Position numbers and translations under genes: made by a program. From Minisyncoccota bacterium (GTDB lineage Bacteria; Patescibacteriota; Minisyncoccia; Phycocordibacterales; JABAAK01), in NCBI GenBank assembly GCA_958295675.1, contig OY282360.1:658026-722025 (forward strand): a stretch of DNA of 64,000 nucleotides. Reading direction: 5' to 3'. Positions 40,326 to 49,484 of this stretch are shown piece by piece. Every line of letters begins with the position of its first letter. The first letter of the stretch is position 1. The notes under the pieces were generated by a model that saw only the letters and a list, made by a program, of their open reading frames with translations, was not told where the DNA came from and made no database searches.

Positions 40326-41101
40326 ATTGAATGATAAAGTAGAATCGATGTGTGTAGTATAAACTCCGCATCTTCTTTTGTTGGATTCTGACCAGTGCCA
40401 CTAGTATGTTGACCTCTAAAATTAGCGAACCGTGAGCAAATTTCAAAAAGTTTTTTCTCATCGTCAACACTCTTGCCAATATATGATATTACTGCACTGG
40501 GATTTTCTTTCATCTGATTCAAAAATTTTCCTAAGCTCGGCTTTTGGTCTTTAGGATAATACTTATTCTTAATCTTTGTCTCCAGTGCATCAACACACTT
40601 AGAAACTGTTTTTGTAAGATCAGGGTCTTTTTTGTAAAAAGATTGCCATGCTTCTCTTAACGATGCATCTTCATTCAATACTTCCCTTGAGGCAGCTTCC
40701 AATCCGTCAGACACTCGTCGTTCTAAACCAACCTGCTCTGTCCCGATATGCGCAACCTTATACGCATGCCCACCCTCACACAAAATACTTTCTAAGGCCA
40801 TAGATTTTTCTGGTGTAGCATGATTTTGCACAAAAAAGTTCAATACTTCAATAACAAGATCAGATTCACTAAAAAAAGAAGAAATGGATCCAGGAATGAT
40901 ACATCTAAGAGAAATCTGCGCTTCCTGAATAAAAGATGATTTAAAAATAAAATCACCCCAAAGACCATAATGAAAAGTGTCACTGTATTCACATGTAACA
41001 ATCCATGTCACTATTGGTTGATGAAAATGTGCAGGAAAATCAGATGTTAATCCTTTCTTAAATCTCTTCTGATGACTTTGAGTTATAGGATTATAAACCA
41101 T
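40322..41101 (-). CDS. putative abortive-infection-like (AbiJ/Abi_C-like) protein
   Basis: EAWQSFY..DPD....VSKCVDALE...SLGKFL...FRGQH..PTKEDAEFILH helical C-domain. Overlaps the mod start (ATGA). Confidence 0.5.
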   Translation of the reverse strand: MVYNPITQSHQKRFKKGLTSDFPAHFHQPIVTWIVTCEYSDTFHYGLWGDFIFKSSFIQEAQISLRCIIPGSISSFFSESDLVIEVLNFFVQNHATPEKSMALESILCEGGHAYKVAHIGTEQVGLERRVSDGLEAASREVLNEDASLREAWQSFYKKDPDLTKTVSKCVDALETKIKNKYYPKDQKPSLGKFLNQMKENPSAVISYIGKSVDDEKKLFEICSRFANFRGQHTSGTGQNPTKEDAEFILHTSILLYHSI

Positions 41102-41364
41102 ATACTCCCATCGTAACAGATGGTATATATTTATGTCAAGTTTCCTAATTTACCAAAGTTGGAGGATTCGCCGGCGGATTGCACATGATTCTCCCGACCC
41201 ACAACAACGCATTTTCTTTTTTTGATTCATTCGTCGCATTTTTCCACGCGCTGTGCGGACACACCATTCGTTTCATCCCGTGCAGTGCATGGAAAGCACT
41301 CTACGATGCGCGCGCAACCAGCCACACGAACGGTAGTGAGTGTATATCTGCTTATTCTACCCAG

Positions 41365-41437
41365 TCCACCCGCCTGGACTCGAACCAGGAACCGCGTGTG
41401 TATAAGACACGTGCTCTACCAATTGAGCTACAGGTGG
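41365..41437 (-). tRNA. tRNA-Ile with UAU anticodon
   Basis: Acceptor CCACCTG/CGGGTGG plus A73, D-arm GCTC/GAGC, anticodon arm CGTGT-CTTATAC-ACACG, T-arm CCTGG-TTCGAGT-CCAGG. Confidence 0.9.
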
Positions 41438-41477
41438 TAATATCATATTACTACACACCATGATACACTGAAACCAT

Positions 41478-42143
41478 ATGGCATTGTCGGACAAAAAAAT
41501 CCTTGAGGAGATGGAAAAGGGGGATGTTGTCATTTCCCCGTTCAATGAGAAAAACCTTTCCACCTCAAGTTACGATGTTACGCTCGGCGAGTATTACTTC
41601 GCGGAACAGAAAAACACCAATAACTTCTACAACATGTACAGCAAAGATGATGTGAATCGGGTGTGGGGTACCGAGCCGAGAAAGGCGAGAACGGCAAAAG
41701 AGGTGTTTGAGGAAATCAAGTTTCCGTTTGTCGGTATCAGAAAAGATGATCGTGTTATTTTACTGGGACCGGGAGAAACTATTCTTGCGCACACAAATGA
41801 ATTTATCGGCGGACGGAATCATATCACTACCATGATGAAAGCCCGTTCATCGCTGGGAAGAAACTTCATAGAGGTATGCAAGTGCGCCGGCTGGGGTGAT
41901 GTGGGCTTCACCAACCGCTGGACGATGGAAATCACCAACAATGCGCAGCACTATCACATCCCGTTGGTCGTCGGCAGAAGAATCGCTCAGATTGTATTTT
42001 TTGAAACCGGACCGATTATAGGAAACGATTACACCAAAAAAGGGAAATATCAAAAAACGAATGATCTGAAACAACTACAAAAAGAGTGGGATCCGGCTTC
42101 CATGCTTCCGAACCTATACAATGACCGGGATATCAGACATTAA
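41478..42143 (+). CDS. dcd: dCTP deaminase
   Basis: MALSDKKI, SSYDVTLG, ARSSLGR, AGWGDVGF...WTMEITN, RIAQIVF. Confidence 0.93.
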   Translation: MALSDKKILEEMEKGDVVISPFNEKNLSTSSYDVTLGEYYFAEQKNTNNFYNMYSKDDVNRVWGTEPRKARTAKEVFEEIKFPFVGIRKDDRVILLGPGETILAHTNEFIGGRNHITTMMKARSSLGRNFIEVCKCAGWGDVGFTNRWTMEITNNAQHYHIPLVVGRRIAQIVFFETGPIIGNDYTKKGKYQKTNDLKQLQKEWDPASMLPNLYNDRDIRH

Positions 42144-42801
42144 TATAGAACAATCGTGGAAAGAGCACCTCCAACCCCTGCTGGAGGAAGCATACATGCA
42201 CGAACTGCGGAAAAAAGTCAGAGTGCTGTACCAGGATTCAACAAAACACATATACCCGCAACCGCAGCACCTCTTCAATGCGTTTGACACCTGCCCGTTC
42301 ACCGATGTGCGGGTGGTGATTCTCGGACAGGATCCGTACCACGGCGCGGGACAGGCGCACGGTCTCTGTTTCTCGGTGCCGGAAGGAAAGAGTATGCCGC
42401 CGTCTTTACAGAATATTTTTAAAGAAATACAGAGCGATATCGGCACAGCCGTGCCGGCACATGGCGACCTCACCCGTTGGGCGAAACAGGGTGTCTTTCT
42501 CCTGAACGCCATCCTCACCGTTGAGGCGGGAAAACCGGCATCGCACCACGGTATCGGCTGGGAGGAATTCACTGATGATGTTATCACCCTGCTCTCCGGC
42601 AGCAGAGAGCATGTGGTGTTCATGCTGTGGGGCAACTATGCGAAACAGAAACAAGGTCTCATTGACGGAGATAAGCACTGTATTCTCACCGCGGCACATC
42701 CGTCGCCATTTTCCGCGGAAAATGGATTCTTCGGCTGCAAGCACTTCAGCAAAGCGAATGAGTATCTGAAACAGCACAACAAGGGGTCAGTTGACTGGTG
42801 A
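42121..42801 (+). CDS. ung: uracil-DNA glycosylase (family 1)
   Basis: VVILGQDPYHG, QAHGLCFS, PPSLQNI, HPSPFSA. Confidence 0.97.
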   Translation: MTGISDINIEQSWKEHLQPLLEEAYMHELRKKVRVLYQDSTKHIYPQPQHLFNAFDTCPFTDVRVVILGQDPYHGAGQAHGLCFSVPEGKSMPPSLQNIFKEIQSDIGTAVPAHGDLTRWAKQGVFLLNAILTVEAGKPASHHGIGWEEFTDDVITLLSGSREHVVFMLWGNYAKQKQGLIDGDKHCILTAAHPSPFSAENGFFGCKHFSKANEYLKQHNKGSVDW

Positions 42802-44784
42802 CTACTTATCAAACGCATTTTGAATTTCAACACCGTGTTTCTTGAGCAGCGCTTCATATTCTTCCCGTTCAAGTGTTTCATGCTCAAACAGTTCTTTCAC
42901 GATGACATCAAGCGCGTCTTTGTGTTTTGTCAGCAGATCTTTCGCAGTCTGGTGCGCACCCTTGATAATGTTATCAACTTCGCTGTCAATCTGCTTTTCA
43001 AGGTCCTGTGAGTGTCCTTCCCTGCCGCCGGTCAGACTGTGCATGTTCGGCTGCCGAAGCACCATCGGACCGACTGTGTCCGACATGCCGAATCGGGTGA
43101 CCATATTGTGCGCGAGACGCGACACTTCAACCAAATCGCTGGACGGTCCGGTGGAGACATCGCCGAATATGAGCTGTTCGGTCGTGTAGCCGCCGAGCGC
43201 GACGGTGATGGTGTCAATGAATTCTTTTTTAGTTTTCAAACGGCGCTCGGAGTCCGGCAGTGAGAGCACATAGCCGCCCGCGTGACCGCGGGAGACGATG
43301 GTGATCTTCTGCACCGGATCGGCGTACGGCAGCAGTGATGCGAGCAGTGCGTGTCCCGCCTCGTGGTAGGCGATGACTTTTTTCTCGTGCTTAGTGATTA
43401 CGCGTCCTTTCCGCTCAGGTCCGAGCATCACCTTTTCAATCGCGTTAAGCAGATCTTTTTGGGTGATAACTTTCCGCTTGTCACGCACGGTAAGAATAGC
43501 CGCTTCATTCATCACGGAGGCGAGGTCGGCACCGGAGAGCCCCGGCGTCCTGCGGGCGACTATCTCAAGATTGACTGAATCGTCAAACTTTTTCTCGCGA
43601 GCGTGTACCATAAGAATCTCTGATCGTTCTTTGATGTCCGGCAAATCAACGACGATCTTCCGGTCAAACCGACCGGGACGCAGCAACGCATTGTCCAGGA
43701 TGTCGGGACGGTTGGTGGAGGCGAGTACGATCACCTTGTCCGTCTGCTCAAACCCGTCCATTTCCACCAAAATCTGGTTCAACGCCTGCTCTCGCTCATC
43801 ATTGCCGCCGCCAAGTCCGCTCCCGCGGGCGCGCCCGACCGCATCTATTTCGTCTATAAACACAATAGCGGGTGCCGCCTTTTTTGCCATAGCGAATAAA
43901 TCACGCACTCTGGAAGCGCCGACACCGACAAACATTTCAACAAACTCAGAACCGGATATGGAAAAGAACGGCACACTCGCTTCGCCGGCGACCGCGCGGG
44001 CGAGCAGGGTCTTCCCTGTTCCCGGCGCACCGGTCAGCATGACGCCCTTCGGCACCTTCGCGCCAATACGCAAAAATTGACTCGGGTGCTTCAAAAAAGT
44101 CACAAATTCTTCAAGCTCTTCTTTCGCTTCTGACGCACCGGCAACATCTTTGAAAGTCACTTGGTTCTTTTTGTCATCAGGATTAACGAACCGAGCGCGC
44201 GACCTGCCGAATTGAAACAGCTGCATACCGCCCATACCCTTCGTCTGCCGTGATAGAAACCAGAAGAAGAGGATAAACAGGAGCAGCGGAAACAGGAACG
44301 GCAAGCTGGACTTCAGCCAGTAGCCGATCCCCTGCTCGCGCTCAACGCTGTACTGGAGTCCGGCGAGATGTTCGGCGGTTACACCAAGATTAAGCAATGT
44401 CTCGTCAAACGCAGCAACCGCATCTTTGCGCAGGGTGCCGATTTGTTCGTCGGCATATTGAATTTCCACCTTTGCACCGCGCACGATAATTTCCGTAACC
44501 TCACCCGCCTGCACAGCAGCGGCTACTTCGGAGATGGTCGGCTCCAATTCCTCTTCACCGTAGTACGCATCGCGAATGAAAGAAAAGACGATAAAAAAGA
44601 CAACACACCACAGAATAATATTGAACAAATCGGGCATATACCGCTTGCGCAGACCGGGCTTCCCATTGTCAGACGATCGGGCACCGAAGAATCCGAAACC
44701 CATCTCCCGATGTCCGTCTTTCTTTGGGTGTCCGCTGTGTTCACCTCTCTCCTGTTTTTCTTTCCTGTGCGTGTCTTTCTTCAT
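42802..44784 (-). CDS. ftsH: ATP-dependent zinc metalloprotease FtsH
   Basis: 2 TMs, [34 protein letters not shown]. Confidence 0.98.
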   Translation of the reverse strand: MKKDTHRKEKQERGEHSGHPKKDGHREMGFGFFGARSSDNGKPGLRKRYMPDLFNIILWCVVFFIVFSFIRDAYYGEEELEPTISEVAAAVQAGEVTEIIVRGAKVEIQYADEQIGTLRKDAVAAFDETLLNLGVTAEHLAGLQYSVEREQGIGYWLKSSLPFLFPLLLFILFFWFLSRQTKGMGGMQLFQFGRSRARFVNPDDKKNQVTFKDVAGASEAKEELEEFVTFLKHPSQFLRIGAKVPKGVMLTGAPGTGKTLLARAVAGEASVPFFSISGSEFVEMFVGVGASRVRDLFAMAKKAAPAIVFIDEIDAVGRARGSGLGGGNDEREQALNQILVEMDGFEQTDKVIVLASTNRPDILDNALLRPGRFDRKIVVDLPDIKERSEILMVHAREKKFDDSVNLEIVARRTPGLSGADLASVMNEAAILTVRDKRKVITQKDLLNAIEKVMLGPERKGRVITKHEKKVIAYHEAGHALLASLLPYADPVQKITIVSRGHAGGYVLSLPDSERRLKTKKEFIDTITVALGGYTTEQLIFGDVSTGPSSDLVEVSRLAHNMVTRFGMSDTVGPMVLRQPNMHSLTGGREGHSQDLEKQIDSEVDNIIKGAHQTAKDLLTKHKDALDVIVKELFEHETLEREEYEALLKKHGVEIQNAFDK

Positions 44785-44808
44785 ATATCAGTGTATTATA
44801 CACATAGT
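44785..44808. promoter_or_regulatory. 24-bp bidirectional promoter between ftsH and smpB
   Basis: Near-palindrome gtgtattatacac gives TATTAT on + and TATAAT/TACACT on -. Confidence 0.6.
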
Positions 44809-45249
44809 ATGGCGTATATAACGAACAGAGCGGCAAAACAACACCATGAAATCCTTGACACCGTGCGCGCAGGCATTACCCTGCTCGGCACCGAAGTGAA
44901 GAGTATCAGAAACGGCAAGGGGTCACTGCTCGGCGCGAAGGTACTCATCCGCGACGGCGAAGTATTCCTCGTCGGCGCGACTATTCCGCCATATCAGGAG
45001 AAAAACACACAGCCGTCATACGACCCTGAACGCACAAGGCGACTCCTGCTGAACAGGCGGGAGATTGAAAAACTCAACGCACAGACAGAGACAAAAAACT
45101 TGACCTTAGTGCCGATTAGTATGTATAATTGTAATAGGGTGCTGAAATTGGATATCGGCATCGCCCGCAAGAAAAACGCACGCGATAAACGGGAGACGAT
45201 AAAAAGACGGGAAAGCGAGCGGAGTATCAGGCGGCAAATGAAACACTAG
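44809..45249 (+). CDS. smpB: SsrA-binding protein SmpB
   Basis: AGITLLGTEVKSIRNG, IPPY, RTRRLLLNRREI, DKRETIKRRE. True start is 44809 inside the longer ORF call. Confidence 0.95.
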   Translation: MAYITNRAAKQHHEILDTVRAGITLLGTEVKSIRNGKGSLLGAKVLIRDGEVFLVGATIPPYQEKNTQPSYDPERTRRLLLNRREIEKLNAQTETKNLTLVPISMYNCNRVLKLDIGIARKKNARDKRETIKRRESERSIRRQMKH

Positions 45250-45295
45250 CGCGTCCAAAGGGGGACATTTCAACCCACCAGAAGTGTTCCCCTTT

Positions 45296-45651
45296 GGGGG
45301 TGTCAGGCTTTGACAGTTGACATGCCCTGTGAATGGAATGCGTGGTAGTGAGAGGTCACTATAATCACCGAAACCTTGCAAATAAACTTGCACAGATGTT
45401 CAACAGAACACCTGCCCTCGCGTACGCATAACAATGCCCGTGAGGCATCCGCAGGATGATTCTCACTAATCCAAACGGATGTAAGATAATGTGAGAAACA
45501 CGGCGTGCTGTACTACGCTTCAAACAGCATACGAAAAGTAAACGAACGAAGCGGTTTTTGGTCTGTGAGCGAACCTATCGCCCACTACGCCACGAAAACA
45601 TTCTTCGCAGTGTCAATATGGACGGGAGTTCAATTCTCCCCACCTCCACCA
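45296..45651 (+). ncRNA. ssrA: tmRNA, tag (A)ANKLAQMFNRTPALAYA*
   Basis: GGGGGUG/CACCUCC-ACCA acceptor with G3-U wobble, T-arm GGGAG-TTCAATT-CTCCC, tag ORF 45378-45431, adjacent to smpB. Confidence 0.93.
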
Positions 45652-45661
45652 GAAAACTAAA

Positions 45662-45699
45662 ACAGGAACACCCACGCTATCGCGTGGGTTGTTCTTTTT
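45662..45699 (+). terminator. terminator after ssrA
   Basis: gaaca-cccacgc-tatc-gcgtggg-ttgttc hairpin plus T run. Confidence 0.65.
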
Positions 45700-45751
45700 C
45701 ATGGCGCATCGTTTTGGCGCGTCATGCGTTGCGGAATTCGGCTGATTTCCT

Positions 45752-46468
45752 TCAGCAATACTGCTGTAGATGCGATTTAAAAAATGATAGTGCGTTAACT
45801 AAAGATTCTCTTTTCATTGGCTTAAAAAACTCTCCCCTATGAATCGGTCTATCTACTTTTCTATCTCCTTCTAATAAGGTGATTATATTGAGTGTGTAGT
45901 CAAAGTAAGACATAAGGGTGTGGGTGCTGGTGCTACCAAATTTTACCTCTTTTAAAATCTCTGAATAATCGCCACCAAGCTGACTCTCAAGTTGAAAGAG
46001 CACAATCTCCGCATCAGGAGAAATTTCTTTTACAAATGAGCCATCAATTAAAATTCTCTTTATCATCGCGTTTTCTGTGTATGATTTACATTCAATGGCC
46101 ATTACGAGATTACCTCGCACATAAACAGGAACATCTATGTTAAATTTGTACGAATAATCTTTTATGTTTTTTCGTATGTGTTCTGCTATTTCGTTTTCAA
46201 TAGTATCTAAATAATCTTTTTTAAGCGGGACAGTGACAGATCCCTGCTCGGTGCTCAGATCATCAATATTGCCCACCATATCAAACCATGCTCGCTTCAC
46301 AAGACCTCGTGCAAATGCTTCAACAAAAGAACCCTTAATAGAACGCTCTATACCGCCCGTTGCGCGTTTTGTATCCTGGACCTCGGAACCTATTCTCTTA
46401 ACTAATGAGTTATATGCAGCTAATAAATCATCAATGGTTGGAATTTCCGGTAAATCTTCTATATTCAT
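45752..46468 (-). CDS. type II restriction endonuclease (PD-(D/E)xK)
   Basis: IDVPVY...AIECKSY catalytic-like motif. Starts 3 nt downstream of an MTase. Confidence 0.75.
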   Translation of the reverse strand: MNIEDLPEIPTIDDLLAAYNSLVKRIGSEVQDTKRATGGIERSIKGSFVEAFARGLVKRAWFDMVGNIDDLSTEQGSVTVPLKKDYLDTIENEIAEHIRKNIKDYSYKFNIDVPVYVRGNLVMAIECKSYTENAMIKRILIDGSFVKEISPDAEIVLFQLESQLGGDYSEILKEVKFGSTSTHTLMSYFDYTLNIITLLEGDRKVDRPIHRGEFFKPMKRESLVNALSFFKSHLQQYC

Positions 46469-46471
46469 ATA

Positions 46472-47617
46472 TTAAAACAACGAGCTTGCTAATCGTTTCT
46501 CCGCAACATTACAATATTCCGTTGATATATCCACACCGAGATACCTTCTATCAAGCATACGAGCAACGCTGGTTGTTGTACCCACACCATTAAAAACATC
46601 CAATATGATGTCATTTTTGAAACTGAAAAGTTTGAGACATCGCGATACAAGATTTTCAGGAAACATTGCAGGGTGCCCATATTCTTTCATATTCCTTTCA
46701 GGTGCAATTGACCACTTCGCAACAACCCACTTTTTAAACTCTTCAGCCGTTATATCAATATCTTCAGTTTTTCCAGAGTGCTTCAAATCACCTTTACAAA
46801 AAACTTCAATAAACTCCCATGTGTATTTCAGATATGGACTACTCGGACTCTTCCAACTACCCCACGCAGTATACTTGCAGTTATAGTTATTTTTTTCCCA
46901 AAGTATTTCCCCTTTCCACAGCATCCCAATATCCAACAAATGTTTAGAGATAATATGATGTGTCGGTATATAATCTGAAAACAGCGGCTGTACATTAATA
47001 ATCATTCTTCCGCCATATTTTAGGACTCGTTTTGTTTCTTCTAAAATTGCAAATAACTGATTGAAATAATCATCCCACTTTTTATCATCTGCACCATTCT
47101 CATATTCAAGTCCGAAATTATACGGCGGTGAGGTAATCATCACATCAATACAATTATTTGGTAACTTCCTGAGTACATCCAAACTATCCGCACATACTAT
47201 TGCATTCTCATATTCAAACGGCAAGATATTTTCTTCTATGCTTTTTTCTGTGTTTCTAATACTGGAGGTTCTTTTTTCCGATTTTTGTTTTCTGTTCTTT
47301 ACCTTTCTCTCTTTATTAAAATCAACATACACTCTTTTCCCACTCTTGAGCCCGTATGATCCGATACTGTTAACCGCCTCCACAAGATCATCTATAGCAC
47401 TGAGAACCTCTTCCTCTCCGTTGTTCGCTTTTACCTCCAGTGCTCTGCTTTTGAACCGTTCAAAATCAAGATTATTCACAAACAGCTTCACCTCATATGA
47501 TCCCATTGGCTCAAAATAAATATGTCTATTAAATTCATCCAAGAAAGATTTGACAACGCGTTTGCTTTTCTCATCAAATTCTTTGGTTGTCTTCAGAGTA
47601 ACCTCCTTATATTCCAT
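46472..47617 (-). CDS. beta-class DNA methyltransferase (probably m4C) with ~130-aa N-terminal extension
   Basis: TSPPYNFG, HPAMFPE, DVFNGVGTT. Start 6 nt after TATACT. Confidence 0.9.
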   Translation of the reverse strand: MEYKEVTLKTTKEFDEKSKRVVKSFLDEFNRHIYFEPMGSYEVKLFVNNLDFERFKSRALEVKANNGEEEVLSAIDDLVEAVNSIGSYGLKSGKRVYVDFNKERKVKNRKQKSEKRTSSIRNTEKSIEENILPFEYENAIVCADSLDVLRKLPNNCIDVMITSPPYNFGLEYENGADDKKWDDYFNQLFAILEETKRVLKYGGRMIINVQPLFSDYIPTHHIISKHLLDIGMLWKGEILWEKNNYNCKYTAWGSWKSPSSPYLKYTWEFIEVFCKGDLKHSGKTEDIDITAEEFKKWVVAKWSIAPERNMKEYGHPAMFPENLVSRCLKLFSFKNDIILDVFNGVGTTTSVARMLDRRYLGVDISTEYCNVAEKRLASSLF

Positions 47618-47812
47618 ATATATAGTATATATCAGAAAATTACACAATATGTGTTACTTTCTCACACCTATTTGCTTTTCCCTGCTATGAAGTGGCTTAC
47701 CATGATCTTTTAAAATTTTGTAAGCAACATCTTTAAAGGAGTTCATATATATAATGGGGCAATATATCACCCTATAGTGTAAAAATCTATGAATGAATTC
47801 CCCTAAATTTCT

Positions 47813-48613
47813 TTATAAGGAAAGTAGAGTTTTTATATAAAGAGAGTCATCAAAATTTTCCTGTTTTATTAAGGCAAAATAACCATTATTAATGCCTGCC
47901 CTTTCAAGAACATCTTCAAATTCTCTACTATCCAATCTGCAAATAACTTCAAATAGGTATGGAAAAATGATTGATACGGCGTTTATTCCAGATATCCTGC
48001 GGTGTATAGGAGAAAATATCCCAGTATTGCCTGATTTCGACATGTCAAATTTTTTGTACATTGAAAAAAGGAGATTAATATTTTTCTCAATATCACCAGA
48101 AGATAATTCGCATATTATTTTTTCCCTATACGGTCCAATGTTAATATGAGAAAACTTTTCTGATAAATCAAGTTTCAATATTAAAAATAATATAAATCTT
48201 CTAATCTTTTCTAAATCAATATCATTAATTATCCCATCTCTTAAATTACTATTAAGAAAGTCGCCAATCCTCATTAGGCGCCCATATTCTTCATCATCAG
48301 TTATAATATTAATATCCCCTTTCCCAATATTTTTTATAAATTCGAGAAAATATTTTTCATCTCCAGAAAATTTATTATCACAGTCAGCACAAAAAGTGTC
48401 TTTCATATATGGAAGATTGTTTGATTGAGTATATTTTGTGCTTCCATCTGCCATTATTATAGTTCCCCGTTTATCCTGAGAGTTCGGGTTGTTTTCATCA
48501 ATACCACAAATATATTTCCTGAATGCTTTCGATAATATATGTGCTTTAATGAGGGGTCTTTCTTTCCTACATAAAAAACAAATGCCAAAATCTCCTCTTC
48601 TATTTTTATTCAT
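47813..48613 (-). CDS. HNH-like zinc-binding endonuclease
   Basis: CFLC...KAHILSKAF...FCADCDNKFS. Very AT-rich. Confidence 0.6.
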   Translation of the reverse strand: MNKNRRGDFGICFLCRKERPLIKAHILSKAFRKYICGIDENNPNSQDKRGTIIMADGSTKYTQSNNLPYMKDTFCADCDNKFSGDEKYFLEFIKNIGKGDINIITDDEEYGRLMRIGDFLNSNLRDGIINDIDLEKIRRFILFLILKLDLSEKFSHINIGPYREKIICELSSGDIEKNINLLFSMYKKFDMSKSGNTGIFSPIHRRISGINAVSIIFPYLFEVICRLDSREFEDVLERAGINNGYFALIKQENFDDSLYIKTLLSL

Positions 48614-48711
48614 ATTAATAGCTGATTATATCACAAACGCCAAATTGTAGTGCTTGAAAAATACCTGAAAATAGAATACAATACCGCAGGTTTCCTGATA
48701 GGGAGAAACGG

Positions 48712-49341
48712 ATGAGGAAGAATAGGAAGAAAAGGTTGGAAGAGTGGGACAAACACACACCCGAAGAAAAATTTGAGATTGTCTTCGGGAGCAATGATGT
48801 GTTCCATGAAAGCTTGCAAGAATGGAAGAAAAACGGCGGAAAAGGGAAGAATGTTCCTGATTTTGCTGATAGAACCACAGCGATTGGAAAACGACGATCA
48901 AGGATATACCAATTTGGCATATTGGTATGGGACAGATGGTCGCTACTGCCGGAAAACAGAATTTTCAACATCCATCTACACCGATGGTGGAGATCTGAAG
49001 AAATACTCGTCAAAGGACTCCATTCGCACAATATGCTTTTCTGCATCGGCATAACACTCAAAGGAAGTGTGTGGGAATTGGTAGACAAACATCCCAAGCA
49101 GAAAATTGCGAAAGTGGGTTCACTGATCGTGGTTGCTAATCCGGATGATGACGAATTAGAAAACGCAAAACTGGTACACAGATACTTCTTCCGGTGGTAT
49201 ACTCAGAAAGTCCGACATTCCGTGCTCATTCCGAAACGGTTTGCAGGAAAAACATGGACACTGTTCATAACAGGACCGGAGATACGGAAGAAGGGAGAAA
49301 GCAACGTGGTCCTCATCAAAGGATTTGACGAGGAGACGTAG
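48712..49341 (+). CDS. phage-type cupin-like protein
   Basis: FNIHLHRW.RS....LHSH.....ITLKG..WE...RHSV...WTLFITGP. Confidence 0.55.
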   Translation: MRKNRKKRLEEWDKHTPEEKFEIVFGSNDVFHESLQEWKKNGGKGKNVPDFADRTTAIGKRRSRIYQFGILVWDRWSLLPENRIFNIHLHRWWRSEEILVKGLHSHNMLFCIGITLKGSVWELVDKHPKQKIAKVGSLIVVANPDDDELENAKLVHRYFFRWYTQKVRHSVLIPKRFAGKTWTLFITGPEIRKKGESNVVLIKGFDEET

Positions 49342-49348
49342 CACACAT

Positions 49349-49380
49349 ACCCACACACTGAAGTGTGTGGGTAACTTTTT
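49349..49380 (+). terminator. terminator hairpin
   Basis: tacccacacac-tgaa-gtgtgtgggta followed by acttttt. Confidence 0.7.
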
Positions 49381-49484
49381 GCCGATTATGCAAATTCCAT
49401 GAGAGTAAAGATACGCACACGCAGAAATCGTCCGTATGCTACACTGAATACAGGTATTAGTAATCATCCAAATTAGAAGATAGT

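Noticed and set aside
41186-41206. GATTCTCCCGACCCACA as a tRNA 3'-end (att) remnant
   Set aside because: Does not match any tRNA in the window and is too short to support.
44368-44808. N-terminal extension of the 293-aa smpB ORF
   Set aside because: Overlaps ftsH antisense. SmpB homology begins at 44809.
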